Part shown: positions 25,358-39,889 of the stretch, in pieces
Layout: each line of letters starts with the position of its first letter
Numbering within the stretch: position 1 is the stretch's first letter
Assembly: GCF_006345805.1 (NCBI RefSeq)
Contig: NC_042998.1
Location: 117,118,001 to 117,182,000 of the forward strand
From: Octopus sinensis
Taxonomy: Eukaryota
Length of the DNA: 64,000 nt
Direction of reading: 5' to 3'
Notes under the pieces: model-generated
The model's input: the letters and a program-made list of their open reading frames with translations, nothing else
What the model was told of the DNA's origin: nothing
Database searches by the model: none
Program-made: the position numbers and the translations under genes

Positions 25358-28312
25358 TATTATTATTATTATTATTATTATCCCCTCCTCCTCCTTCTGT
25401 TCTATCGTTAACCCTTCCCACACCCCGAATTTCTCAATTTTTTAAATACTTCATATTTCATACGTCTCTTTCGACCATCTTTCGCTTTTATATTTGAGTG
25501 GTGATCATGTTGGCAGGGTTTTTATATCCCATATTCAATCTCTTTGCTCGAGGTTGAGTATGGTCAAACAATGTTAGTAAAGTCTCTTTAGTGTGGTTAA
25601 TGAGATGGTTAATGAGCATCGCAATTAGAGTTTAACCTTAAGTGAGGCTAGCTTTGATCGATCAAATATTTTACAAAACGGGTTCAATCTACAAAAAATT
25701 CTATATTTCCTGATATATTCAAGATAACATTATTAAATGCACTAGGCTTCGTTTTTTTTACACATAAAATTCTTTAATCTAAGGTAAATTTAGTTGCTAT
25801 TTCTATCATAAATAACAATGTTTTAACATAATTCATTTTAGCTTGCAGAACATTAGTAAGAATCGTTGCCGTCTTTAACGGCCGATTATATATATACACT
25901 TGCGTTGATTATCGCAAATAGCTCGTCTATTATTTACAACAGATTATTTAAATGAAAACGTCTATCAGTTTTTAGTCTTTTATGTATAAAGTAGATACGA
26001 AGAACAAACAATGTAAAACAGAATTTTGTCTCGACATACTATGATCAATAAATAAATCAAATACTTTTGTGCTTACAAGCTTTATTTCATATAACTATTA
26101 TTACAGACAAGTTTTTTGGTGAGTCTCTTCAGAGAGATCTTCCTGCCGCATCGGATTGTATTGAATACGTGTTCAAAACAATTGTCCTTCATTCTAATAC
26201 CGGACTAAAATCGAAAATAGGATTTAGTTTAGTATACTTTCAATTATTCCAATTGCTTTGTTCAATGGTATACATTGCGGTTAACATTTAATAGTGAAAT
26301 ATTTCCTTTGTTATGATAAACAACTGGTTAGTTGTAGATGTTTGAATTTGTATCTATAGAACCTGCAGACGACACTAAGTTTGACTTTAAAATTAAGTTT
26401 CAAAAGCCTGAAATTCTTTATGACACTAGTCTTGACTCGTGAAAGTAACTCTAACTAGACCCAATGTTGCTGAAATTTAGAGCGTGGCACTTTACCTATC
26501 GTGAGATTACAATGAGTAGTGATTGTTCATTAATGTTCAGCGAAAGTGTAGGGTGAGCTATGCCTGTAAGTTTGAGCGTCACTATTCCAATTGAAATTTG
26601 TAGTATATCTAGTAACACTGTAATATGCGTTATTATACTAATCGAAGGTTTGGGTAATACATATCAAACAGCAAAAGAAAGACACCACTTAAATTGAGAA
26701 TGAGATATCTTGGAAAACTTCAGACCCGTGGAAGTCAAAACGAAACATTAATAAACTAATGTTATATATGTTAAGTGTTCTTAAAACGGAGAGATATTGA
26801 TATAGCGAACATTGTGCTACATTAGGCAAGTGCAAAAATAGAGAATGATTGATGACAAGAGAAACAAAAACAACGTCATTAAAGTTGTGTAATGATAGGA
26901 GGCACCCCGATATTCTGCAAATGAATTTCAAGAATGTGATGAGACATAGCATCACAAAGTTTGGCTTCAATATACTCTTTTGAGCCGCAAAGACAAGCGA
27001 TGCACAATACAATTTGCAGAACTTCGTATGTGCAGTCATCGGCTAATATGGATAAACCGCTTATAATATTGGTACATCGGAGAAGGCAAGATCAAATATA
27101 TGATTTCGTAAAGTGCATTTACAAACATTGTGTACAGAAATTCAAATTGAAATTTCCTCCATTAGAACCTTTCCGAGTCAACAGAAAGATCATGCACCGA
27201 TTAGAGCTGATTTATAAATTTAAGCTTTACGCTACCACGAAGACTATGGAGATAGTAAAACATCCCATTGTGTGATTTGATTGTGTGTAACATCCCTTTC
27301 AATATTGAGATAAAATAAGTCATTCTTCCAGTATGGAAACTAATCAAACATTTATGTCAGAGTAATCGATAACAATGCCCTTTCAAAAATCTGTGCATTT
27401 TTTGACAATAAGAAAAATCTTCCAGAATATATTACTAAAACATATCGGTAGAATCAGTATTATGTACTCCTTGATAACACAACAGAACTACCTAGTGGTT
27501 AATTAATTTGATTCTACGATTTTCCTCTGTATAAGGATTATGAATACTTTAGCAAATCAGTATTGGTGCTCGATATTCCTTTATGGACATCTATATATAT
27601 AGACATTTCAAAAAATCCAATCAACAGATTATTTTCGATTTCAGATTTTAGCAACTTCGATAAAACTCACATACCCATTCTAAAGACAAAGATAATATGT
27701 GTTACACATATTCATGCATACATATGTCTTCCTCGCTCTCTCTTGTATATATATATATATATATTAATAGTAATGGTAAGGCAACAAAAGAATGAATGGG
27801 ACCTCGATATTATGTAAAATGAGGAATTTAACTAATATAATGTGACAATTATTTAGACATGTAACGGGGTCTAAGCTGCTTTTCAAGAATTAACTGAACA
27901 CTGCCATCATTATGATCATAAATTTTATATTAATGTGTCCAACTGATTAAAATTCTATTTATTTGTGCAGCTGATGATAGCTATTCATTTAAATTGATGT
28001 AATGATTACATTGTCCAATTAACTGGAGTCGCTTGAAACGGTCGTATTGCACCACTTTTTGATATCCTGTAGCTTATTTCGATTTTATTCACCTTACTTC
28101 AATCTGTGCGCACTGGTGTTTATAATTAGTCATTCCAAGCATAGAGTCTTTTAAACGGTGTTATTCGGTCGAGGCTTATTTTGTTTTGGCTTAAATCATG
28201 GAACTGCAAATATATTATCCTTATGTGTCTCACGTTTATTTTCAATCCGTCACTTTACTCTATATTTCATATCTTCTCTATAATAACTATTACTTAAACA
28301 TTTTCTCGCACC

Positions 28313-28360
28313 GTCTCTGATGAAGGGATATATAATATATCCCGGAAACAGCTGTAAGAC
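28313..28360 (+). ncRNA. Minimal type-I hammerhead ribozyme motif (Penelope pLTR-like)
   Basis: Stem I GTCT/AGAC; core CTGATGA (28317-28323); stem II GGGATATA/TATATCCC closed by an A.G mismatch; GAAA (28345-28348); palindromic stem III ACAGCTGT; GUA cleavage triplet ending at 28356. Confidence 0.7.
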
Positions 28361-28576
28361 CTTCTCTTTATAAATGTTCTAAAAACTATTCACAAGCTTT
28401 GATTTTTCTAACTCATTCTGTTAATTTTTCTATATATGCATGCTAATACACGACCTATATTTGACCCCACATTCGTACCATTATTGAAACTTGAACTTAA
28501 CTGTAGTCTGTCCATTTCACTTCCTCAGCATTACCTGACACCTTTAGGTCTTCTTGACATCAATACCTCTCATACC

Positions 28577-28636
<60 letters not shown>

Positions 28637-28688
28637 CATATACTTATATATATATATACACATACACTTATATATATATATACATATA

Positions 28689-28726
<38 letters not shown>

Positions 28727-29414
28727 CATATAATTATATGTGTATATATATGTATATATATATATATATATATATACAAAGACACAGGCATACATATACA
28801 TAAATATGCATATATATGTAAGTATATAGATTGTTTTATATACATATATCATCGCTAGGTGGTTATATACACCTCTTATATGGATGGCTGCATCCAAGTT
28901 AAACTGGTTTAATATATCATATTGTGAAGAGATATTTCCTCAATAAACACATGAATATGAAATATTATGAAGTAAGAAAACGAAGAGATTTAATGGATAT
29001 AATTTGATTTATTAATAAATTAATATTGCCTGAAATTGTTTTAATTCATACTCAATACAAATTAGAAAACATATATCAAAAGATAGGTCTGTATTTTGAA
29101 ACTTTTGAGTAAAATATCACCAGGGTAAAAGGACAGCAACGAAGTTACATGTTGATCGACTTTGATACTCCCAAAAACTCAGTTGGGGTATCTAAACTGA
29201 TCAACAGAATCTGTTGGTATTTTTAAGCCGATGACCATCTAACTTTCGTAATGTCCTTTAGCCTCATGATATTTCGCTCAAAACTTTCAAAATGCAAGCT
29301 TACTTTATTATAAATGTCTTGTATTTTGCATTGAGTGTGAATTGAAACAATTGTAAGCAATTTATATCCATTAAACCTATCTATTTTCTCATATATATAT
29401 ATATATATATACAG

Positions 29415-29465
<51 letters not shown>

Positions 29466-29542
29466 TATATACATATATATATATATATACATCTATATAA
29501 ATATATATTTATATACATCTATATATATATATATACATCTAT

Positions 29543-29661
<119 letters not shown>

Positions 29662-32600
29662 CATATATATATATAGGATGGTGTGTACATTTTCAATACC
29701 AAGAGTTATGCGTATACGTGCATAAAGAAGTAAATATTTCTCTCACATGTGGCTGTTTATTCATCTGAACACGTTGACAACCAATACATAATGCACTTTC
29801 TGCTATTTAAATTTGTAGGAATAGAAATACCCCAGCTTTATGCTGAGAAATACTGGCAATTACCCAGAGAAAAGTGGTAGAGAAATATAATGAAAGTTGA
29901 CACGCAGCATTGTGGTCAGAAAATAATATCACTACAGCATTTACTACTCTAAAATACATGTAAATATTAATGCCATATGAGGAATGCTTGCAACAATTCC
30001 TCGGTGTTATGGTTGAATTGGCATATGAGACCTGGTCGATCATATATTATGAGAGACATTCCATCGGTGACTACGCCATCTTTTTAGGACCATGTAGGAT
30101 TTCATTCTCTAAAATGCCATTATCCACGTTGTCTAATATAAGTGGACATCGTGTGATTTAAAAGGGATTTGACCAGTGATTCCAGTAATATGAAATACCA
30201 AAGACAGTCTGGTAATTATGGACATAGAAGAATGTTGCTGTTTTAAGTGAAATTAATTGCAAAAATGCGGCGTAATTTGATCTTTATTTTTCAATTTCAG
30301 TTTCTAGAAAAATATTTCGTTTTGAGTTTTTCACTTAAAATCTAATCTATAAATTTAATCCTGTCCTCATAAGTCAACGATCGCTTATATATACTATCGC
30401 TCGACCTGATATCAATAGCTGCGATGTCTCTTTAAAGTCCCAATGTTTAATATTAAGATGGTGAAATATGATAAATAATGTGGTCCTGAACGATATCTGA
30501 AGTATAATACGTACATGATAGTCTTACTTTAAATGCTTTTCATCCACGTTTGGTTAATGAGGGCTGTCAGAGAGTTAGACACATCAATTTCACTTATGAT
30601 GATTCGACACATTAATCGATTTGATCAGTGCAAAAGAATCAAAAGAACAGAAAATGAGGCAGGACCAAGGATAATGTTGTTTAAAAAGACTGAAATACAT
30701 GCCTGCCTTATATACAGTCGGAACAATTATTATGCAGTAAATTCCCACATAAATATGATTTTAACTATTCAATTAAACATAAATTACTCCAATAATATAA
30801 AAATGCACGAAATCTATAAGTTATGTAGATAATAGTGAACATTAGTAGCGGACGTATTTTGGTTTTATGAGATCTTCTACAGGAAACGTACTCCAATTTG
30901 TAGGCGTGATTAAGCGTGATCAATATGCAGAGAAACAGAAGGAAAGCGTAACAACTATAGAAATTACAGAAAATAGGTAAGAAAATCGTTACGCATATAT
31001 CATGCAAAACAGAGAAGGGTCTCACATGCAAAAATAGAAGAGTTGAAAATCTTTGACCAACTCAGGCTATGCAAGTCCTTATTAACAAACATTGTCAATC
31101 TTAAAGGGTTTAACAACTAAAACAATAAAAAAAATAATTGCTTGTGGTTCCTGATAAAATTGAAAGTTTCTTTAGTAATACGTGCACTCAGTCCATTAAG
31201 CAAAAATGAGTTTTACCTATAATTCAAAAGTACTTCATTCTGTGTCACACTGAATCTACCAGGGAACTACGTTAAGGGTATGCTTGTCTGTGGAGTGCTC
31301 AACCACTTGCGCATTCATTTCACGAGCAGACTTTCTGCTCATCGGATGAACTGGAACTTTTTCCCTCGTAACTGATTGAGTGCCAGTTAATACGTGCATA
31401 AATAAATATACACTTTTACAGCCATATGTGGATATCTTTGACAAGAATGTTAGATACCTTGCTATATGACCTGCAATTCAGCCGTCTGCATTTATGAAGT
31501 GAAGTTTTTTGCAGTTTTGATTTTAAGAGTTTATAAGTATAGAAGGATATCAGGAGATACCCTTTAGCTAACCTACAGTCATCGAGTGATAGACATCATT
31601 TGGACAACGTTAATATTTGTAACATTTCGTCACTTCACTTCCTTTTGTAAAATCATGGCGGAGTAATCAAACAAACTGCTCATGATAATAAATAGTGATA
31701 TTTTGACTCAAGCCATGCTATAATTTCTTCCTGGACATCATCGCTTTACTTAGAGTTTTCACGAATTTGAATATCTCGTTTCAAATATGTTTAAGATTAT
31801 CCCCTTTTGAGTTTCAGAAGCAATTTTTGCCTACACTGCATTTAAGTAATCCTTAACAATGCATAAAACATTGGCACCATTATGAGCTAGTAACGGATGC
31901 TGTTGCGCTCACCATATTAAAATTGTTAGAACGTCTCTACATATATTAAAAGTTCACTATCATAGAACAAAGTTATATGTATGCTCGTGTGCAAGTGTGT
32001 GTGCGCGTGCTCGTGCGCGTGCTCGTGCGCGTGTGTCTATGGATTATGAATCTCCTAGATGACTGCTTTTATTTGCTGTCGACAGGAGAATATCGCAATT
32101 CAAGTATCTTTAATTTGAAAATTGAAATAAATATAGGTGTTAATCCAGTCTCAGTGTTCGTAATATACAAAGTTACATACACACGTACAAACATACATAT
32201 ATACGCATCCCACCTTACACACACACACGTATATGTATATTTGTTTTGTTTAGTATTGCGTGCAAAATATATTGGAAGCGTATAAATATAATTAAAGAAT
32301 TATGTGCATATATTGAACACTAAAGATATGTTCAAACATTAATATATATACACATTTATTTTATAATATCCTTGAGTTTGGATATAGACTACGCTGTATC
32401 AGTGTTATAACACTACAAAAACTAATCAGTAACAAACACGAAACAAAATTACTTCGCTTCTCAACGACTTCTGAGATGCCTTCACAAATGCAACTGTCCC
32501 ACGATTTAGTACAGTTCACTTGCTATCCTACAGGGGTGCCAGGATTTCACCACATCTCTTCTTTTTGAGTTTGATTTACCTTGGAAGTCAATATTTTTCT

Positions 32601-32929
32601 TTTATGTATTATATATTTATTATTCCCTGGGAAGATATTGGAATATTTTTTCGTTTTGGCTCAACTTGCAAAATTTTTGTTTGTCTTTTCCTAGTCAATG
32701 TATTCGTTGGTTCGACTATTCCTTAAGGTACCGAGACGTCAAAAATGCTATTAAAAAATTCCATTGGTTTTCCATGTCTTATTCCTTCTTTCGTAAACCT
32801 TGTCTTTTGTGTTTCCACGTATGACCTTTTACCATATACGTTATTTTCCCTTGGTGTTTACTTATTATACCTTCTTACCAATTTTCCTTTTCTCTATATT
32901 TAAAAAAAAAACAACACCATTCCACTGAT

Positions 32930-35900
32930 TTTGAAGTATCGTATCTAATTTTCGGTGTTTCTTTCCATTCTTTCTTTACTTCGCGCCTGACTTTCCTGAC
33001 GAACATTAATTCAGCCGGCGTTATACCTGAAATGGCGTTCGGTTAGGTGTTGTTCGGCAGTCACTTAAGAATTGCATCACTGCAGTAACAGCTTGTAGCT
33101 GATTCCTAGATTTTTTTCAGCGCCTTCTTAAACGTGCCTAGAAAACGTTCCGCTAGTCCATTCGATTTCGGATGGTATGCGGAGTAGTAATATGCTCCAT
33201 TGCATGCATTTTGCAAAAATGTTTTAAATTCCTTCGAGGAGAACTGTGATCTGTTATCAGACACTATAGAGTCTGGGATGCCACATCACGCAAAATTTCG
33301 TGCAGAAATGTTATTGTTACTTTGGAGGTTGGCTTCTTGAATTTACATATTTCCAAAAATATCGTGTAACTATCCACAACCATTAGATAATCCCTCCATT
33401 TAATGGTCCTGCGAGTCTGTGTAAACTGGACTAAGGTATGCCAAGGCTGAAATTTTATAGGTGGTGCTTTTGCTGCCAGGGCACAATCCCTGCAGGCTTT
33501 CACAAATTTTTCAATATACTGATCCAAATTCGACTAGTACACGTAGATCCACATCAGTGCATTCCTGAATCGCGATTCCTGAATGTCCGATGTGGAATTG
33601 TTTTAGCATACGTTATTGCAAAGAAATATTTCAACCCACTGAGAGTACAAAATACGTCATCACATATCGAATACCATTTCGAAACTGGGCTACATGAGTT
33701 TTCGTATTTGCTTCTGACTTCACTATTTCTCTCAATTTTATTACGAGCACATACTACTATGTTGCAGAATATATTTTTTATTTCGATTTAAGCTTTTAAC
33801 ACCGCGATTAATGTGTCCTCTAACGGTTCATTGTATTTAGGTATCAATCTTCACAGCCCATCCGCACGTCCCAGTTTTGTTGATGGTACAATTTCCATCT
33901 TAATGTCATAATTTAGCAAGGTCGTCCTCCTGCGCTACAACCAGTTGGCTGGAAGTGTTGGCATACTCTTTTTCGATCCGTAAATTGACAACAATGGGCG
34001 GTGATCTGTCTGCAGACTGAATTTCCTTCCATGTATGATTTAGGGAATTGTTTTCACCGCAACAATGATGGCTAACGCCTCCTTCGCAATTTGGCTACAT
34101 ATGTTTTATCCACCAACAATGAACATGAAGCATGCGCGATGGGCTTTAGGCTAGCATTTTCATACTTCTATAAAATTACCGCTTCTATATTCTTTCGTTA
34201 GCATCTGATACTACTACTATCTTTAAATTTGGATGGATGTGCGATAATGAAATTTCCGATGTTAAAACTCTTTTAATTTCTTCAGACGCTTTTTGGCACC
34301 CGTCCGACCAATATGACTTAACGTCTTTTTTTCAATAGGTTATTTAGGGGTGCTCTTAGCTCATGCATATTCGGTATATATGTTTGCAAATAGTTTGCGA
34401 GTTCTAAGATAGCTTGTAACGTTGTAATATTTTTGGGGGAGGCATATTTTTTATTGCAGTCGATTTTGAAGGATCTGGCCTGCGACAGTTTTTATCGATA
34501 ACTAGCATGGAAAAGTCGTATTTTTCCTCATTAAGTTTAAATCCATACTCCTTAGTTCTTTCACATATCTTTTTAACATGTTCCACATGCTAGCCCCGAG
34601 ACACTCTTTTTATGAGTATGTCATCCAAGTAAGCTATGTCGAAATTCGCATCCGCAAGCACGTTGGTAAATACTAGGTGCCACCTTTATCCCAAAATTAT
34701 CGTTATAATTTAGAACATTCCTCCTCGACATGTAACTGTAAATACGCCTCCGGCAAGTCCAAATTTAAAAAAAATTTCCTCCATTGAATTTCGCAAACAT
34801 TTCTTCCGGACATGGTAATGGGTAATTGTATATCATCAAGCATTCGTTCAAGCTTGTTGAAAAGTCAGCGCATACACGTATTATATTATCTTTTTCTTTA
34901 TATAGTTGGTGATGCCCATTTTGAATAATCAATTTTTTCTATAACTCCAAGCTTTCCAAGTCTATCCCATTCCTCGTTGACTTGATTCAACGCCGCGAAA
35001 GGTACAGCTCGCTTCGGTTTAATTACCAGTACAGCGTTTTCTTTTACTTGAATTTTTACTTTTCTCTTGGTGTACCTACATGATTCTTCATTAGAAACAT
35101 CGGAAATAATTCTTTTTAATTTCATTTTTAAATCTTCTTCCGGAGGAAGCTGAGAAAGAGAGTCGGGAAGAAGAGATTTTAATGGCGGGGAGGAAAACGA
35201 GTTTACAGTGGTAAAAATGAAGATAAAAAAAATTTGAATCTCTACCTAAAAAGAAAAGACAGGCGGAGGGCGGAAAAAATAAAAAGGAAAGCAGAAAAAA
35301 ATCAGGAATCAACGGCAGAACGAACGGAAAGACCAGAGCTTTCAACAAGCAATGAGGAGGAAAGACAGAAGAAGAGACTAGAAAGTGAGAATGAGCAACA
35401 AATAGAGATGGAAACACTAGCAACATTGGCAGAGAGTGAAGTGATAGAGCTGAGAAAGCCACCGAAGGGGAAATACGAAAGAGTGATGGTGCCATACGGA
35501 AGGAGCGTGGAAATAGGGAAAAAATTTTCCAAGATGAAAGGCGTGCTAAGGATTAAGCTGGCCGACAAGGAAGAGAACCAGAATATCAAAGCAGTGTTGT
35601 TGGAAGATGAGAGAATGGGAAGATTGAGAGAAATATTCGGGGACAGAAGAGAGAATACAGCATTACGATTTAGATATGACGAATTAGCATCAGTGATAGA
35701 ATTCGAGGATTTTATGGATTTTATGATGTTCACACGATACAAACTGGAAATAATTACTGATTTAAAAAAAAAACAGTAAAATGGAACTACCTACTTTGGT
35801 GGGTAGGAAAGCCATTTCATTATTATTATTTTCATAATTCGTAACTCATTCGTTAATTGTTGTATCTACCCCACGTTTTGTGTTGTTTGTCCTTATGGTG

Positions 35901-36400
35901 TCTCTTCTATATTAAGGCTTTATACCTATAATAAAGAAAATACGAAATGTCACCTCACTTATCATTTTTTTCCCAAATATCGCATCCCTGATTCTGAAAT
36001 ACCTTGGGCAATTTTCGAAGTTTTTTCAATGTAAGCTTCCCTATTTTTCCCCATGTAACATCGTTAATTATCTTGTGCCCAACTGCAGTCTCGTGTTCAC
36101 ATTAGTTTTTTATGGAGATAGATTTTCTTTTTTGTGTCTCGCTTTGCATTTGTGTTGACAATAATTTTTTTCTCCAATTTTCTTTTTCGTTCGACCTTTT
36201 TGTTTTACCCAACAATATGAATTCATTTGTCAGATTTTTCCGAATCCCAAACATTTTAGATTTTTAAAAGGACTGTTTTTTTTAAATGTATTTCTCCATA
36301 CCCAAAGCATGGATTGCATCTTGACTGTTGTTACTATGGTAAATAACAGGTACTACCGCAACGATTATTGCAGTAGTAGTGATACTCAGGATTATACTCC
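32930..36400 (-). mobile_element. Decayed Ty3/Gypsy LTR retrotransposon (gag-pol), interrupted at ~35130-35830
   Basis: In Gypsy order on the minus strand: zinc-knuckle remnants (~36200-36330), protease-region remnant (~35940-36110), KPKRAVPFA...WASP (34898-35125), IAYLDDILIK (~34620), SQIAKEALAIIVAVK RNase H (~34080), MDQYIEKFVKACRDC and YLMVVDSY integrase (33264-33527), GLAERFLGTFKKAL (~33130). LTRs not identified. Confidence 0.85.
35234..35779 (+). CDS. 181-aa K/E-rich ORF of unknown function inserted in the Gypsy remnant (possibly a retroelement ORF1 fragment)
   Basis: Open frame of non-microsatellite, purine-rich sequence in a region where other elements are riddled with stops. No family recognised. 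Confidence 0.35.
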   Translation: MNLYLKRKDRRRAEKIKRKAEKNQESTAERTERPELSTSNEEERQKKRLESENEQQIEMETLATLAESEVIELRKPPKGKYERVMVPYGRSVEIGKKFSKMKGVLRIKLADKEENQNIKAVLLEDERMGRLREIFGDRRENTALRFRYDELASVIEFEDFMDFMMFTRYKLEIITDLKKKQ

Positions 36401-36429
36401 AGTGAAATGTGCTCTTACTTAAATTTTCC

Positions 36430-37080
36430 GAGAACAAATAACTTTGGCTTTGAAGAACTCTCTCAAGGAGACAGTATTCGCTACCAAAGTAAGTAAAGAA
36501 CCACCAGATAGGTATTCAAAGCTGTTAACGAAATTGGTAATAAGCATTTACAGCAATGTGATGAACCCACATACTAGCAGATTAACGCCTGTCTATATGC
36601 TCTGGCTACTGCAAAGCAGTATATATATGACATTCAAAAAGTAAAGAAAACCCAATCAACAAAGACAGAACCAGCAGAGTTTTGAAGACAGAAAAGATAA
36701 TAGACAACTGGTTTACGGAAGACCACCAGTCTTATTGCATGCAAACAAGCTAATCACTATACATTCCACCAATAGAAAGTAAAGAAGGAGATAGACATGA
36801 TATTTGAGACAGCCAAAAGAGGATACCCACTTGCAGAGTGATTACCGTCAAGTAGGAGCTAAAAACAGTCAGTGAAAACCTCCGACATCAGAAGAGAATA
36901 ACTGAGAGAAGAACAATAAACAAAAATTTAACCGGAACCAGGCCGCAGTATACAGAGACATGAGATGAGGAGCAGTGAGCATCACGAAAGCTCCTTCATA
37001 AGAAAACACAGAATTCTTCTGAAGGAAAATCTGGAATGAAGAGAAGGAATTTAACTAAGATGCTCTGAAGCTGGAAGAAA
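36430..37080 (+). mobile_element. Decayed pre-RT fragment of an R4/Dong-like element
   Basis: Remnants resembling F.RNQAAVYRD...FxxKIWNEEK of the RLE-clade N-terminal region; many stops. Confidence 0.4.
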
Positions 37081-37099
37081 TCAGAAACGTTATTTCTCC

Positions 37100-38735
37100 T
37101 GCGTTTAATACAAGAAAAAGAACATTGGTGGTGAAACTCTTGCAACTGTGATCCAGAAATTTCCTTCATCCAGAGGTACAGTTCATTGTATTTTTACTAT
37201 CAGACAATTTCGGGAAGAGAGCATTGAACAAAAGCTTGCCCTATACCATTGCTTTGTTTACTTAAGCAAGGTAATCGAAATACTCTGTGGATAATTCTAA
37301 GGAAAATAGGTTGTCCAGAAAAAATGTAAATATGATTAGGGCTTTGCATCAAAATATAAAGATTAGAGTTAATTTTGTTGGCAGGCTTTCAGAACGATTT
37401 GCCGTTGAAAATGTAGTATACTTTTGCTGTTGTGATGTCACACGCTTTTCAAAACTCCGTAGAAGGTATTTGCATAAAATATCGAACAACAGGGAATGTT
37501 ATCAATATGACCCGTCTGGAACTCAAAACAAAGGTTTTTACTTCACTCATTAGGGAACTCATATATGATGACGATTGCGATTTAGTCAGTCATCCTTAAA
37601 CTGGCTTGCACTCTTTCGTATCTACATTTGACTCAGCTTGTTATGATTTTGGCTTGACCATCAACTTGTAAAAAAGAAAGAGCTGTATCAACTCGCACGT
37701 AGTGCTATTTGGAACCCCACTAAATCTTTTGTTAAGGGCAAGTTACTTACGGTTGTCGACTCTTTCATCTACCTCGGAAGCTCTGTACAAATTGATGGGG
37801 CTCTAGACACAGAAATACATCTGCAAATTCAAAGAGCAGCACAAGCATTTGGTGGCTTGCAGTCACGCGTTTGTTGCCAACGACATATAAGTAACAACAC
37901 AAAATTAACTCCTTACAAATAGTTTGTCTTAACATCCGTTTTATATTCTTCTCAAATATGTATGTGTTATGAAAGACATTTCTAATTGTTAGAACGATTC
38001 CACCAGAAATTGCTACGCTGCATTTTAGACTTTAAATAGGTATTTTCTGCTCCAGAAGCAGATATCTTTGCGTCTAGAGATATCACGTCTAAGCATTGAA
38101 TCTAAAAAATCAAATGAGATGGTCTGGTCATATTATTCGAATAGCTGTTTCATGGCGAGCTTGCAGTGGGGAAAGGCAATCTGTGTAAACCTAAAAAGTG
38201 GTTTGAGAATGGAATAAGGACTATCATGAATTCACTTGGAATGAATCCAAAAGCCATAGAAACCCTTGCCTTGGATTGAGCTGGATGGCGAACAAAAGTT
38301 TGAGTGAAAGCTTTTGAGAAGGCCAAGATGACAAATGCAAGATTCCAGAGAGATTTAAAGAAGAACATTGCGATCGGGAAAGTGAATCTCATTGATATTT
38401 TTGTGTACACATTTCATGACAGACCATGCCCTTCTTTTGCTGCTCTTAGACCTATAAAAGACGAACCTCCACCAACTACTCTGCCTATTTATCTGTGCGC
38501 AACTTTCATTGCTGTATATGCTTTAAGGTCTGCAAATGTAACGGAGGCATCTAAAGACGTTTGAAGAATGACAAAGGTCAGAACTTAACGGCAGCTGTTG
38601 GTGGTCCAAATCAGTTATGTAATCTGTGGGTGTCTTTTCAATAAATTGTATGGTTTAAAAAGCCACATCAGACGCCATTATGGATCTAAGTTTAGGTACA
38701 ATAGGTGATCAGGCTCTACATAAGGGGTAGACAAC
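37100..38735 (+). mobile_element. Decayed RTE-clade LINE, 3' part
   Basis: YDDDCDLV (RT, ~37563), IQRAAQAFGGLQSRV...TKL, LERFHQKLLRCIL, a terminal C2H2-like remnant (GLKSHIRRH), ending at (TA)n. Confidence 0.75.
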
Positions 38736-38737
38736 AA

Positions 38738-38778
<41 letters not shown>

Positions 38779-39825
38779 TATATAATATACAAAATTGACT
38801 ACATATTTTATACAATGTGTTTGTGAGCGTGTGTGTAGTGTGTGTTTCTCTGTGAATAAAGAATGGAAGCAGTACTCGATTACTTCTTCCATTCCTTTTA
38901 TTTACAGACTTGAATTTAGGATATTTCTTGAACTTGAGTTGAAGGTGTGCAGGATATGTCGTCCTATCGGAATTTACTGTTTAATCTTGTTATGGGACAG
39001 AGTCTTTTTGAGGCATTACTTAATACACTTTTAATCTTTTATCAAGAAATTCGTATTTTTTTTATAGAAACCATTAGCACTCATCATTTCAGGAGTCTCA
39101 TTTATATAGAATAATACAATTGACAGGAAGTACTACGATCGTTTTGTGTGATCATGGTATAATTGCGCCAGCTTCCCATGAAGTGCACGAAGAAATAACG
39201 CCCAAATTCAACCCTCGACTGCATTGAATCATTCTACACACATGTGCCCCGACGTTGTAGGCCGAATTAGTATATTAATAGGGAAACAACAACAGAAATA
39301 TCCATAGACATAGATCACAAATTTCAAGACTATTTCGTTCCGGAAATGATGCAGGCCTGTTATTTGTTATAACTACAAATCATTTTTATGGTTATATAAA
39401 AAGTAATGCTAAATTAACAACCTCATATTAGTGTGTATTTAACATACTATTATGATCTCTATAAATTGCCTCAAAAGGAACTGCAGATCTGTAAATTTCT
39501 TAAATATGAATTGTTCAATTTAATAAACTATAACAAAATAAGTACATAAGAGAAAGTTGAATGTAATATTTACTGTCATGTTGATGTGCTCATATTCACT
39601 GTCTGACCATTCAGCAAAGAAACTAAAGTTAGTGACATATTCCTTAAAGGAAAACATTTTCTTCAAACAATTCAAGAATGGAAATCCCATTACCATTATT
39701 GTAGTTTGTTACTTGTTCGATTACACAAGAATAATAATAAAGAAAATATATGTTGCTTTCCGGCAAAACATGAAAAATTGTCTAGACATTTTTAACGTGT
39801 TATTTTAGTAATTTCACATTCACTT

Positions 39826-39828
<3 letters not shown>

Positions 39829-39871
<43 letters not shown>

Positions 39872-39889
39872 GCGCGCGCGCGCGCACAC
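39829..39889. repeat. (CA)n followed directly by (CG)7-8
   Basis: Read directly from the sequence. Confidence 0.95.
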
